Shown in pieces: positions 31,861 to 46,100 of a stretch of DNA of 64,000 bases. Below the pieces are notes generated by a model, which was not told the DNA's origin, made no database searches, and worked only from the letters and a program-made list of their open reading frames with translations. Each line of letters opens with the position of its first letter. Position 1 is the stretch's first letter. This DNA comes from Piromyces finnis finn. Taxonomy: Eukaryota; Fungi; Neocallimastigomycota. The stretch covers positions 1-64,000 of the forward strand of contig MCFH01000015.1 in assembly GCA_002104945.1 (NCBI GenBank), read 5' to 3'. A program made the position numbers and the translations under genes.

Positions 31861-34474
31861 CATCATCATAAGTATATTTATAATATTTCATTATAATTAT
31901 TTATTTTTCAAATATATAATAATATAAATTTATAATATAATGATATGAAAATAATACAGTAAATTAAGAAAAGAAATCATTAAAAGAAGACAAGATAATA
32001 TGATTGCGAACCAGAGATTATTAGCCGAAAACGTTTTATTAGATATACCATATTCATTTTCAGATTATGTTGATGCTTATCGGGCTTCAAGCTCTAATTC
32101 TAAATCAACTCGAAATTTAGGTAGTCTGAGAGAAAAACTTAATTACGATATGAAAAAAAAGCATTCCAAGATGCTTGATACAAAGACTGTTAATGAAATA
32201 TACAATAAACCTTCATCATACAATAGAAAGTCAGAGTATGATATGATTTGGAGGCAAGCTTCTATAGCAAAAAAATTTAATAAAGGTTCAGATTCTTCTC
32301 CTCCTAAAAATAACACACAGGAGAAAAAGGATTTACCATCAACCTCATTTAAACGACCAAATATTGCTCAACGAAAAATGAAAGAACCAGAATCTACAAA
32401 AATCGATAATAAAACATCACTCTATACCAATACTCTATCGAAAGATAGTAATTATCAGTTATCATCGGCATCATCATCAAGTTATACGAAAAAATATAAT
32501 GATCAAGATAATAATAATAATATGAGGACAAAAGCAAATAATACGAATTCTAGATTAAATTATAATAAGTCTAAATCATTAGCATATAGTAGTAATGATA
32601 AAGCTTCATCATCCAATGATTTTAAATTTAATAGTACTAATAAGTCATCAAGTCATAAGTCAAAATACGATAATAATAATAATAATAATAATGGTAGCAG
32701 TAGCAATAGCAGTAGTAGTAGTAGTAGTAACAATAATGATAATAACAATAAAATGCTACATAATAACAAAAGATGCAATTATGATAATGATGGACATTCA
32801 CAAAGTAATTTTAAGTATAAAAGTAATTATGATAGAATTTCGTATGATGGTGGTGATGATTTAAAATACAAAAATGTCGATAAAAGTATATATAATGATT
32901 CAAAATATAAAAATAAAGATTCATATGATGATTTGAAATACAAGAGTTATAAGAAGAGTTCCTATGATGACTCAAAATATAAAAGTTATGGTAAAGATCC
33001 GTATTATGATGATTCAAAATATAAAAATTATGATAAAGATCCATATAATAATATGAAATATAAAAATTATGACAAAAATTCGAAGGATGGTTCAAAATAT
33101 AGAGATTATGATAAAGATCTATATGATGATTCGAAATATAAAAATTATGATAAAAATTCGTATGATGATTCAAAATATAGAAATTATAGGAAAAGTTCGT
33201 ATGATGATTCAAAATATAAAAATAAAGATTCATATGATGATTTGAAATACAAAAGCTACGATAAAGATTCATATAATGACTTGAAATATAAGAGTTACAA
33301 TAAAGCCTCATATGATGACTTGAAATATAAGAGTTACAATAAAGCCTCATATGATGATTCAAAATATAAGAGTTACGATAAAGATTCATATGATAATTCA
33401 AGATATAAGAGTTACAATAAAGATTCATATGATGATTTAAAATATAAGAGTTACGATAAAGATTTGTATGATGATTCAAAATATAGAAATTATAATAAGA
33501 ATTCGTATGATGATATAAAGTATAATAGTTATAATAAAGGCTCGTATGATGGTTCAAAATATAATAAAGATAGAGGTGTCTCCAGTAATGACATATTATA
33601 TAAAAATAGCGATAAAGCTTCTTACAACGATTTAAGAGATAGTAAGAATAAGGACAAGGATAATATAAAATCATTGTATTCACCCAATAATGATCAATAT
33701 TCCTATTCAGAAATGAATAATAAAGGACGTTCATCGGTAGAACGTCCAAAATTACATAATATTTATTCTCGTTTTTCATCTAATAATAATTTAAGTAGTA
33801 GTAATTATCGTTCGTCAGCGTCAACAGAAGACTTAACATTAAATAATAATAAATACCAAATTTCACCTCAAACCAATACCGATCTTCATTATAATGATTT
33901 AAATCAAAGTTCCAGCAGCAGTATTAATCGTATTCTTTTTAATAATCCAGGCGAAGATACCGTCAAAGAAAATAATTCAAGTAATGGTTCAGATTATCAA
34001 TCCAGCGGTAGAATAGCTAGTCGTTATTCAAACACTAATAGATATCACCCATATAAGAAATTAAGTAATGAACATCCACCAATTGATCGTTCAACCCTAA
34101 CTATAAATGATCATCCTTTAGTTAATTCGAAAGTAATATCAAAATCAGATTCTGAACCATCAAAAATTAAAGAGAGTAATAAAGAATTTTCATCAAGAGA
34201 AGTACTAAGATATCTTAAACCATACTTGAAAAAGAAAGTTAATACTAATTATATTTCAAAAGACCAATATAAAAAGTTAACTAAAGACCTAACCTATTAT
34301 GTCATTAAAAGAATGAGTAAAGATTACAGTGGAGATCATAAAATGAGTTTCAATGAATTAAAGGAAGATTTTCTTATTGAGCAACAATTTACCAATAAAA
34401 TAATAATTAATTTTATTAATTACAATCTCAGGAAATTCCTAGCTTATAATAAAGAACTCCATAAAAAATTCTAA
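30781..34474 (+). CDS. RING finger + PHD finger protein with a C-terminal SRI-like domain (PHRF1/SCAF11/Asr1-like), about 5 exons
   Basis: CSICLEDL...CNHKFHEACIKLWSE/KACTCPIDR (RING); [43 protein letters not shown] (PHD); C-terminal EVLRYLKPYLKKK...ISKDQYKKLTK. Confidence 0.85.
32864..33560 (+). repeat. Coding minisatellite: about 18 copies of a 39-bp / 13-aa unit (consensus KYKSYDKDSYDDS)
   Basis: Read from the translation of 32000..34474. Two 11-aa variants (KYKNKDSYDDL) and one 14-aa variant are present. Confidence 0.92.
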
Positions 34475-35492
34475 ATCTAACCGTTAAGAAACTGTTGTTA
34501 TCCTATCCTATTAGTATTTTATTATAAATACTAAAAATCTGTATTTAACTATTTAATATAAAATTTTTAAGTAACTAGATACAATTCAGTAATAGAAAAG
34601 AATATACATATATAATATATATATTTTTTAAGTTTTATGTAAATATGATATAAATGAAATAAAATATATAAAAACTATTACAAAAAAAAAAAAAAAAAAA
34701 AATTTTATTTGATTTCCAATGAATGGGAACATCAAAAATTATATTTTGTCCGCCTTTCATTAGTTTTACTGATTTGCCTTGTTGTTTCTTCAGGTATATT
34801 AATGCACTTGCTGTAAGTCTTTTTTAAATATTGACCATTATTGACTAATAGCATAATACAGTCATTAAACATATGAAAACTTTGAATGTTCACCACAATT
34901 TAATATAAATCTTTAAATCAAATAAATATAACATTAATATATCTTTTTTTTTTTTTTATTTATTTATTTTACTTGTTTTATTTATTTATGGTTTTATTGT
35001 TATTTCTGATAACATTTATTTTTCTTCTTTTATATATCTATTTCTCTATGTTTTATCTAATATTATAATTTTTTTTTGATTTTTTATAATTATTTTCAAT
35101 TATCTTCTTTTTCTTTTTCTTTCTTTTTTTTTATTAATTTATTTATTTTTTTTACTGAATAGCTAATGTAATACTGTAATACTTTCTCTATATAATAATT
35201 GATTATCACTGATAATTATAACTTATTCATCAATGATAACAATATTATTGTATTTTTACTTAAATTAAAAATGATAAAATAATAATAGAAAAAAAAAAAT
35301 AATACATTATTTATAATCTTCTTAATATATATATTTAAATAGTTTTATATCGTTTTATATGTAATATTAAAATAAATAAATTTTCTTTTTCTTTGTGTGT
35401 ATAAAATGAATTGCATAAAAAAAAAAAACTTCAAAATTTTTATTTAAAAACCCTAATTAATAAATTATTCTTCAAAAATGATTATAAATTTT

Positions 35493-38400
35493 TTAATTTG
35501 TTAAGGCTAATTTTCTTAATAATTCAGCATTAACTGGACCTGTTTCATCAACTAACTTTGAGAATTCAGTTTTACTGGATGGCATCATACTTCCATCTTC
35601 TTGTTTTTCAAACAATAAATTACTTGGTTTATCATATTCAAGAATATTACCATTACTTAAAACTAAAACTTTATCGTAATCTATAATAGTATTCAAACGA
35701 TGGGCAATGGTAATAACTGTAACATCTTTAAATTCTGTTCTAAGTGCCTTTTGAATAATAGCATCAGTTTCAACATCAACAGATGCAGTAGCTTCATCCA
35801 TAATAAGAACACGACTTTGACGAATCATAGCTCTGGCTAAACATAATAATTGTCTTTGACCAACACTGAAATTTTCACCATTTGAACGAACTTCAGCTTC
35901 TAACTTATTTTCTAATTCACTAACCATATTCTTTAAACCAGCATGTTCTAATGCTGCCCAAATTTCTTCATCTGTATGTTCATCAAATGGATCCATGTTA
36001 AATCTAATGGATCCTGAGAATAAAATTGGATCTTGTGGGATAATGGAAATTCTTCTACGTAAATCATTTAATTTAATGTCTAAAATTGAAACATCATCGA
36101 TCTTAATAGATGATCCTTCCTCTGGTTCAACCAATCTAAATAAGGTCATAACAATACTAGATTTACCTGCACCAGTACGACCAACTACACCAATCTTTTC
36201 ATTAGCTTGAATATCTAATGAAATGCTGTTCAATACTGGTGGTAAATGTGGAGCATATTTCATGGTAAGATCCTTAATTTCAATCTTACCGTTTTGTGGC
36301 CAATCCTTTGGAACATCTAAACCCTTTTGATTTTCAGTATCAATTTCATTGGCATAATGACTTAAACGTTCAGCAGCATTCATATGAACTTCGGTTTCAC
36401 TGAATTGACGAACAGCCCAATTAAGATTACCAGTAACACTTAATGAATAGGATAAACTTAAACCAAGTAAAGCTGGGGAAATAGATTTTTTAAGGATGAT
36501 ACCAGACATAGCAGCAAAGAAGACCAAGAATGCACCAATGGTTTCTAATCTTAAACCTAACCATCTTTGAGCAGTAATTTGTAAAATGCAAGGTCTGTTA
36601 TTATTATCCATAAAAGTATCATTTATATTAATAAATCTATCTTGTTCACGGTAAGCTCTAATAGTAGATAAACCATTCATTGTTTCAGTAAAGTTAGCAT
36701 ATAATGGTGATCTTGCTAAGGAGTCAAGACGCTTAATTTCTCTTGAAGTATTTCTATAGAATTCTTGCATTAAATAGTAAATTACTAATAATGGAATAAG
36801 GGCAATTAAAAAGATTGGGGTGGCATATATAATTAATAATAATGTGGAAACAGTGATAGCAAAACAAGAAAGGAAAGATTGAATGGATTCAATTAAAACG
36901 CCATCAACAGAATCTTGATCCTTTGAGAATCTATTAATAATTCTACCTAATGGAGTTGTATCAAAGAAAGATATTGGGGCACTCATTACTCTAGCAATGG
37001 CATCTCTATGGATTTTTCCAGCAGCTGAGATACCAGTATAGGCAATGCAGATACCAAATAACATTTCAGTAATAGCTTGTAAGAAACTCCATCCTAAATA
37101 TATAAGTACATAGGCTAAGGTAGTAATATCAAATTTTTTATCAGTCCAGAATACCAACCACATATCATTACCGATTTTTGCAACTTGAGTTAAAATAAGA
37201 AAAGCAAGTACAGCAACAACACAGCCTATACCACCAGCAGCTCTTACATAGAATTTGTAGATACTGAATTTCACAGATCCAGTGTTTCTTTCTTCCTTGG
37301 TCATTAATCCTTGTTGTTCTTTCTTTTCATCCTTTTCCTTTGGTTTTTCACTATCAGTTTTGTCATTGGCAACATCTTCTTTGGAAATAGTGGCATCATC
37401 ATCTTCTTCCTTTTCACTTGATTGTTCTAAATCAGATAATTCACTTTCATCCTCATTTTCATTATTTATCTTTTCATCAATACCACCATAATTACGCATT
37501 AAGCGAGCAAATTCACCTTCATTACTCATTAATTCATCATATTTACCTTGTTCTTTAATTTCACCATCTTCTAAATAAATAATATAATCAACTCTAGGTA
37601 AAACATGAAGTTGATGAGTAACTAAAACACGAGTTTTTTCGGAAAGTGTTCCAAGAATACATTTATCAAATAAATAACGACTAACATGAGCATCGACTGC
37701 TGAAAGTGGATCATCTAAAAAGATAATATCACTATCGAAATATACAGCTCTTGCTAAATTAATTCTTTGCTTTTGACCTCCTGAAAGATTAATTCCACGT
37801 TCACCAATTTCGGTCATATCACCATTTGGGAAAATTTTTAAATCATGTGTTAAAGCACAACTTTTAACAGCTTCCATATACTTTGAATGATCATATTCCT
37901 TACCAAATAAGATGTTATCTCTAACCGTAGCATTTTGAATCCAAGCTTGTTGTGGACAATAACCAATAGTTCCACCAAATACTATTTCACCACTTTCACT
38001 CTTCATTTCACCAATTAAAGCATTAACTAATGAAGATTTACCGCTACCTACGGCACCAACAATAGCAGTTAATGATTTTTTTGGAATAGATAAATTAAGA
38101 TTTTTAATCTTAAATGGTTCGAAATCTTCTTGATCATTGGCATCCTTTTCATCAGAATTATTCTTTTGTTCGGAAGTTTCAGTGATATCTTTTTCCTTTT
38201 TAGATGTCTTTTTTTTGTTCTTTTTATCTTTTTTATTTTCATCATCAGTAGTTTTTTCATCTTCTTTTTTAGTTTCCCAATAGAAATTTCCATCCTTTAC
38301 AGAAATAGCAAATTCAGAATTTGGATCAATTTTTGGTAATTCGTCTAATTCTTCACCACTAATAACGTTATTAATACGTCTTAAAGCTACAACAGTATCA

Positions 38401-39981
38401 GCTAATTGTCCTGAAACCATTGGTAAAATACCTAATGGGAAAGATAACATATTAAAGAAGGCAAGAGAAGAGAAAACCTTACCTGCAGTTAATTTATTAC
38501 CAGCTACAGCATAACAAATATAGGTAACAGAACTAGCAAGTACTGGAATAATACCAGTAACAGAATCAACACCAGTGTAAATAATAAGTGATTTTCTAAT
38601 ACGAGCTAATTCTTTTGAACGTAACTTGTTAATAATATCTAAAAAACTAATTTCCCATCCAAAGAACTTAATTACTCTCATGCTACCAATAATTTCTTGA
38701 GTTTTTTTAACACGTTCATCGGTAAAAATAACAGTTTGTTCTCTTAAAGAAGTTAACCATTTCATAATATAACCTTGTAATGGAATAAGGACAACGAAAA
38801 TTGAAAAACCAATTAATGCCCATAATCTATATTATAAATAGATTGAAATTTAATAGCAATTTAATATAATTTAATTATAATAATGTTAATGATTAATAAG
38901 TATTTAATTGCATATATAATTAAATACTTATTAATCATGAATATAATAATTACATATATACAATTATTTAATTTTTTTTTAAAAAAAAATAATTTATATT
39001 TATTTACCCTAATGCACGAATTAATAAAATTAAAATTACTACTAATTGGAATGGACCACTCCATAAATAATGAAGATAACTACAAAGTCCTTGAATTCTT
39101 GATGAATCAGAAGAAACAATATTAATAATTTGTCCTTCAGTTAAATGTTGCTTTGCATTTTGTGAAAGCTTAAGCATTTTTCTATATATAATTCCAATAA
39201 TAGTTGCTCTAACACTAAGACCAACTTCCATAACTAATTCAAAGTAAGTATTAATAAATATGGTAGCTAAGATTTGAAGAACAAATAATACAACGGCATA
39301 AATCCAACTATAATATAATGATAATATAATATTTAATTATTAAAAATTATTACATTTATTACATTATAAATTATATTCAAATAACTTTTTTTTTTTTTTT
39401 TTTTAATAATTACCCTTTATAAGCTGGTTCATTAGTATTATTACTAACAAAATTTAATAATAATTCTAATATAATTGGTGAGGTAAGATTACAACAATCC
39501 GAAAAGAATTTTAAAATACCAGATGGAATCCTATTATTTTCAATAATAGTTTTAAAATTAAAAACAATAATTCAATTTTTATTAGTTACTACCATCCATT
39601 AAAAAAAAAAAAAAAAAAAAAAAGAAGAAGAAGAAATTACATTGGAGGTAATTTAAAATTTAAAACTATCTATTTTTTAAAATCAATTAATACTTACCAT
39701 TTTGGACCAAATACTCTTATAAAAGTTTTAAGGATGCTAGGATTATCCTTTCTTTTTATTAATTCTTTATCCCATTCTTTATAAAAATTATCAGCTAATT
39801 TCTTTTCTTCAAATTTAGGGTCAAGTAAGTATAAATCATTATCTTGAAGTGGTCTATTATAACCTGTAATAAAAATAGGATTTGCCCACCAATATGTTAT
39901 CCTTGATAACCATGAAGCTTTTGTGTAGGGTGTAGGTATAGGTTCCTTTGGAACTGGAATATCTTTTTTCTTAAATAACAT
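35493..39981 (-). CDS. ABCC/MRP-family ABC transporter without TMD0 (YOR1-like); several short 5' exons and one ~3.3-kb last exon
   Basis: N-terminus ASWLSRITYWWANP...RPLQDNDLY; NBD1 GAVGSGKSS and LSGGQKQR; NBD2 GRTGAGKSS and FSVGQRQLLCLARA; TPLGRIINRFSKD. Confidence 0.95.
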
Positions 39982-40636
39982 TATATTTTTTGAAATTGGA
40001 TTAAAAAAAAAAAAAAAAGCCAACTATTCAAAATATATAATTCTTTTCTTTTTTATAAATTTTATAATTTTTTTATAAATCTTTAAAAAACATATTTATA
40101 TAGATTTACTAATAAATAGTAAAATATTTGTACCAATAAAATTACGGATTATAAATAAAAAATATAATAAACTTTAATTTAAAAAATTTTTTTTGACAAA
40201 TTAAATGATATATTATTTAAATAGTATTTATTAGTAATATCATAAAAAAAAAAGAAATAAAGATTCATTAAAAATATTTTCCACCATCCGCAAAACAAAA
40301 ATCCGCATAATAAAAAAAAAAAAAGAAAACTGCTTCACCCATTCTTTAAAAAAAAATGATGCATGCATTCTTTATACATCATTTTTTAAAAAAAAAATAA
40401 ACAAAAAACAAGGAAAAAAAATATTGAAATTAAATAGTTTTTTTTTTTTAATTGATTCTAAAATAAGGAAAAAAAAAAAAAAAAAGAAAAAAAAAAATGG
40501 ATTTTTTACCTAATATTAGAAAACTTTTTATTAATAAAAAAACAAGCAAACAAAAAAGTCTATATAAACACCATTAAATTTATTTAAAAAATTAATTTAT
40601 TAATAATTCTATAATTAAAATTTCTAATAATAATAA

Positions 40637-40887
40637 TTAATAATTATTGTACTTTATGAAGTATTAACAAGCTAAATAACTATACAAAAAAATTATAATT
40701 ATGCATAACAATGACCTTGTTTTATTAATAATTATTGTACTTTACGTAGTATTAACAAGCTAAATAACTATACAAAAAAATTATAATTATGCATAACAAT
40801 GACCTTGTTTTATTAATAATTATTGTACTTTACGTAGTATTAACAAGCTAAATAACTATACAAAAAGTTATGCATAACAATGACCTT
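40637..40887. repeat. 88-bp tandem repeat, about 3 copies, intergenic
   Basis: GTAC anchor recurs at 40649, 40737 and 40825. Copies are nearly identical; the third has a short internal deletion. Confidence 0.95.
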
Positions 40888-41149
40888 TGTATTTTGTTTT
40901 CCAAGTTTATTTTAAATGAAAAATATTGTCCATGGAGAGTTTTTATATACCTGAAATTTTAAAAAATTTAATTTATGTCAAAAAAGAGTAAATCTAACCT
41001 TTTATCATGTTTTATAATATTGTTAATCTATGTAATGGCAATGATAAAATAGTGTAAAGAGAACAACTTACAATACTAATTATATAAATAGAATAATAGA
41101 ATAAAGAATATTAATAATCACATTTATATATAAATTAACATACAAACAA

Positions 41150-41228
41150 ATAACTAACTAACTAACTAACTAACTGACTAAATAACTGACTAACTGACTA
41201 ACTGACTAAATAAATAAATAAATAAATA

Positions 41229-41275
<47 letters not shown>

Positions 41276-41395
41276 GTAAATATATATATATATATAAATA
41301 AATAAGTAAATATATATATATATAAATAAATATATATATATAAATAAGTAAATAAATAAGTAAATAAATAAATAAATAAGTAAATAAATAAATGT
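41150..41395. repeat. Compound microsatellite (TAAC)n-(TAACTGAC)n-(TAAA)n-(TA)n
   Basis: Visible directly. Confidence 0.9.
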
Positions 41396-41722
41396 CTATA
41401 TAGTTGATAAGAAATTATTTTTTGATAATAATTATTTGATAGATAATAAACTATAGATAATAAGAATAATAATAAGAATAATAAAAATAAAAAGTATATA
41501 TTTCATTATTAATAATTATTATTCATAATATAGAATTAAAACTTTTTATAAAACTTATTTCCTTTCTCTATTTCCTATAATAACCCAAGAAGTGTTGAAA
41601 GTGTTTTTTTCTTTATTTCTTTTTTCTTTATTTTTACATTTTAATAATTAATATTAAAATTTTTAATTAAATTTGAAAAAAAGATAAAAATTTAAATTTT
41701 TTAATTAATTTTATTATAATTA

Positions 41723-41762
<40 letters not shown>

Positions 41763-43181
41763 TTAACACACCTTTTTTTATCATCAAAAAATTAAAGTTT
41801 AAAAATTCTTTTTTTGTTAAAAAGTGAAATGGCAATTTTACCTAATCTTACGCCTTAAATTGCTAATTAAATACTATGAATTTGTAGTTTATTACAATAT
41901 TTCTTTATAAATATTATTTAAAAAATTAAGCGTTTTTTTTTTTCTTTTTTTTAATATTAATAATTAATATAAGAAAATAAAAAAAAAAAAGTTTTTATCA
42001 AAACAAAAATACAAATCTTCAAAAAAAAAAAATAACAAAAATACTATAAACTATTATATATTTATATAATATTGATATTGGAATCAGTGTGATAATAATA
42101 ATAAATAAATTGACGTATTTGAAGTTAATTTATATTTTTTATAAAATAAAAAAAAAAAAAAAAAAAAAAAATCCCCTCATAATATAAAATAAAAATAAAC
42201 AAACAAAAAAAATACAAGAAACTTTTGGTGGCAAAAACGACATTTAATATATTCTTTTTATTTATATTCCTTAAAAATAAAAGAATAAAATAGTAATTCA
42301 AGGTATTAATACTTTTTATTATTATTATTATTATTTTATTATTGTTATTATAGAGAAAAAAAGTGACAAATTCAAATTAGTAAATTTTATGTATTTAATT
42401 TACAATAACAACGTTTTATATTAACAATGTATTTATTTATTTTTATTTTTATTTTTAAATTAAAGTAAAACATTTCTTACCCTGTTTTCTTTTTGTAATA
42501 TTCACATTCAATTGATAATCCATCTTAATTATTTATATATACTATATTTGAAAATAATAAATAATATTTTTACATATTATTATAAAGCATTGGACAAATA
42601 TAAATAATATAAATATTAAAAGTATATATATTCCATTATATATATATAAAGGTCATATATATTTCATATTGCATATGATGGAATTATCTTTAATTACTTG
42701 GAATTTTAGAATATTCAAAGTTTTAAATATCATTACTCAATTATATTGGCGTTAATAAAATATCAAATATACAATAATATTAGTAAATCTATTAAATTTT
42801 GTAACTCATAATTTATCAATAATAACAATAGAAAAAAGAGGAAGTCATTTACAATACTAAAGGCTTTTTATATATATATATATTCTTTCTTTCTTTTTTT
42901 TTTTTTTTACCTATTTGTTAAGTAATTCAAAAGTTTGCAATTTCCATTTTCTCATAATATATATTAATTATTTTTTTTATATTGATAAAAAATAATAATA
43001 ACAATAATAACAATAATATATAATGGAACGCGATATCATAATAATCTAATACATATAATAAAACTAAAATTTACTTATTATAAAAAACATTCAATTTAAA
43101 CAAAAAACAAACAAACATATATCTAGCCTTTTTTTTTTTTTTTAAAAAAAAATATATATATATATATACACTAATAAAACA

Positions 43182-46100
43182 ATGGAGAATAATGATACTA
43201 ATAAAGTAATTTAATTATATTTATTTATTTATTATTATATATATTGATAAAACATAAAGAATATTTATTTAATAAATAAAATCTATTTATCTAAAAATTT
43301 ATAAATATATATATAATAAAAACTCACATTTTTTTTTAGCTCTATGCAAAATCAATAAATATACCTGTTACATCTTCTTATAATAGTTTGACTGTTGAAC
43401 ATATACCAAATTATAATAGTAATACTTTACATATTTAATAAATTGATGTAAAATATATATTTTGGTTATTCCTATTTATTATTATTTATTTACTAATAAA
43501 CATTAAACTTTTAAATATTTAAATAATATTTTGAATTTGAAATATGTCACATTATAATAGCATTTAGCTATTCTGAAGATAATTCTATTCACGGTAGTAC
43601 ATATGAAAATAATGATATTTTTAAAGAAAATATTCAATTGAAAAATAATCAATTTGATTCTTCATGTTCACTTGTATTTAAAAAAAATGATTTAAATTCA
43701 TCACATGAAATTAATAAAAGAAATAAAACATCTGCGTTATCTTCGGCACTTCGTGCATCTAATCATTTAAATAAATCTAATAATACTAATAATAAAATTT
43801 CATATGATATTAAGCAAAATGAAAGAAAATATAACACAGGAAATACAGATAATGATAATAAAGAATTATTTTCTAATAATTTAAGTGATTTACCAAATCT
43901 TAATAAAGAAAAATATAATGATTCTAAAAATGATACTAATGATACCAAATCAAAAATAATAACTGAAGACAAAAATACTGTTGGAACTGATTCTTCAGTT
44001 ATAGCAGAGAAACCTCAAAAGGAAGGAATAAATATAAATGATTTCTCACTGAATTCAACAACAACGACAAAAAATTCAAATGAATCATCCTTAATACCAT
44101 ATAATAAAGATAATAAATTAAATATTCTTCGTTTTGCAAATAGTGATTCAATCCTCTTACCAAATCAACAAGAATTTCTTCTATCTAAAAATATTGAATA
44201 TCTTAGTGTTAACACTGTACAAAATGATAAAAATATATGTCAAACATGCAAAAATAAATTAAAAAATCAATTAACTAAACCTCACCATGTGCATCATCAT
44301 GATAATTATATATCATTAGATTCACAGGTAAAGATATCAAATATTAATTCCATTGATATTATTGGTGCAGGAAATGATCGTAATAGTATAACAACAAATA
44401 CGCTAAATCGTATGTTAAATTCACCATCGTATAGTCAGGTTTCAATTGATAGACAACAACTTTCAATAGATAAATTAAATAACAAAGAAAAGACAAAAGC
44501 TATTGTAAGTTACTATGCAGACGAAAAAATAAGTAATAAAATTGATCCATCTTCTCATACACTAGAAGAATTGACCCATACTAGTGATGACACAAAGGAA
44601 AATTATATTAAAACCGAAAAAAAAGAAAAGAGAAGAGATAAAATAAATACTAAACATGATTTCATGGAATACCCATTGATTGAAAAAAAAATATATTCCT
44701 TATCTTTAAATGATAGTGATATTCTGAAGGGTAACCCAACTCCTTTAACTTCTTTAACTCCATTAAATAATACCTCAAATTTATTTGAAAATAAGATAAA
44801 ATTATTCCATCCTAAACAATCCTTTAAAAATACAGAGAAAAATAATGTCGTATCGAATGAATTAAGTAATTCACCTATAGAAAATTGTAAAAATATCATG
44901 AAAAAAAGTAGTAGTAATGACATTACTAGGAATGGTAAAAAGAATGATAGTATTGATAAAGAAGATATACTATCACTAAAAGCTGATAATAATTATAATC
45001 AGGATAGTAAACTATTTAATAAATCCTTTAATAAGGATAATAATACTAATACTAATAATGATGATGGTAATGAAAATGACCAAAGTTATGTTGATGAATT
45101 GCTTAATAATAATATTGAAAGTTCAAGAGAAGTAAAAGACAATGATATAATACCAGTATTGTCACCAACAAAAAAGGAACAAAAAGAACCAATACCATAT
45201 TTGAAAAAAGACTCTAGCTATTCTAATGCCGATATAATGCATATGGATAATAATATAAGCTTAATAAGTCTTGAAGTAGAAAATGAGGATAAAGATCAAT
45301 TACCAAGATTAGGAAATGAATCAAAAGGAAGCTTTGAAGATGAAGATGATATTAGAGCATGCTCATTTGAAAATGAAGAAGATTTAATAGATAATATATT
45401 TGATAAGGCATCACCGACATCATTACCATTGCTTCCATATGGACATCAAGTTGGAGGTCATGCACCATTTTTAAGATTTTCTGATAAAGCTTTATGTAAG
45501 TTAATGAACCCAGCGGAAAGGGCCTTTTATGAATCTGTAAATAATATATATCCTCAATTACGACCATTTATTCCTGGCTACTACGGTGTCATTAATGTAT
45601 ATTTTAATAATAATAATGGAAGCGATGGTAACAGTAATACGTGGGTAGATAATATACCTGTGGCTATCATTGAAAATGAGAATTATAGTAGGAATAATAG
45701 TCAAACTATTACTTTTGAATCGGCGGGTGATAAATCCTCTCAACTATTAAACCCATCTTCATGTAATAATTATTTAAATCATGATCATAGTTCTTGTAGT
45801 GAATGTGGAAAGCCAAATATATCTCCATTATCTCATAATAGTACTAAAGTTTCTGTAGATAATCAAACAGACAGCAATAATAAAGACAAAAGTAGTAGTG
45901 GTGGTATAGCGATTAACACTAATAATAAAAAGGTTCCAATAGAATATATATCGTCTTATACCGATGGTGAATCACGGATGGGAAATTACAATTATTATCA
46001 AAAACTTCGTGAAAAAGTATTACGTGATGCATTAACTATTCAAAATCGTCGTTATAGATACTCACAATTAAGAGCTTCATCTTTAACAAGATTAAAAAGA

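Noticed and set aside
32811-33779. 322-aa His/Tyr/Asn-rich repetitive ORF on the minus strand
   Set aside because: Antisense reading of the 39-bp coding minisatellite; repeats keep other frames open.
40637-40887. CRISPR-like array
   Set aside because: Contiguous tandem units without unique spacers, eukaryotic context, no cas genes.
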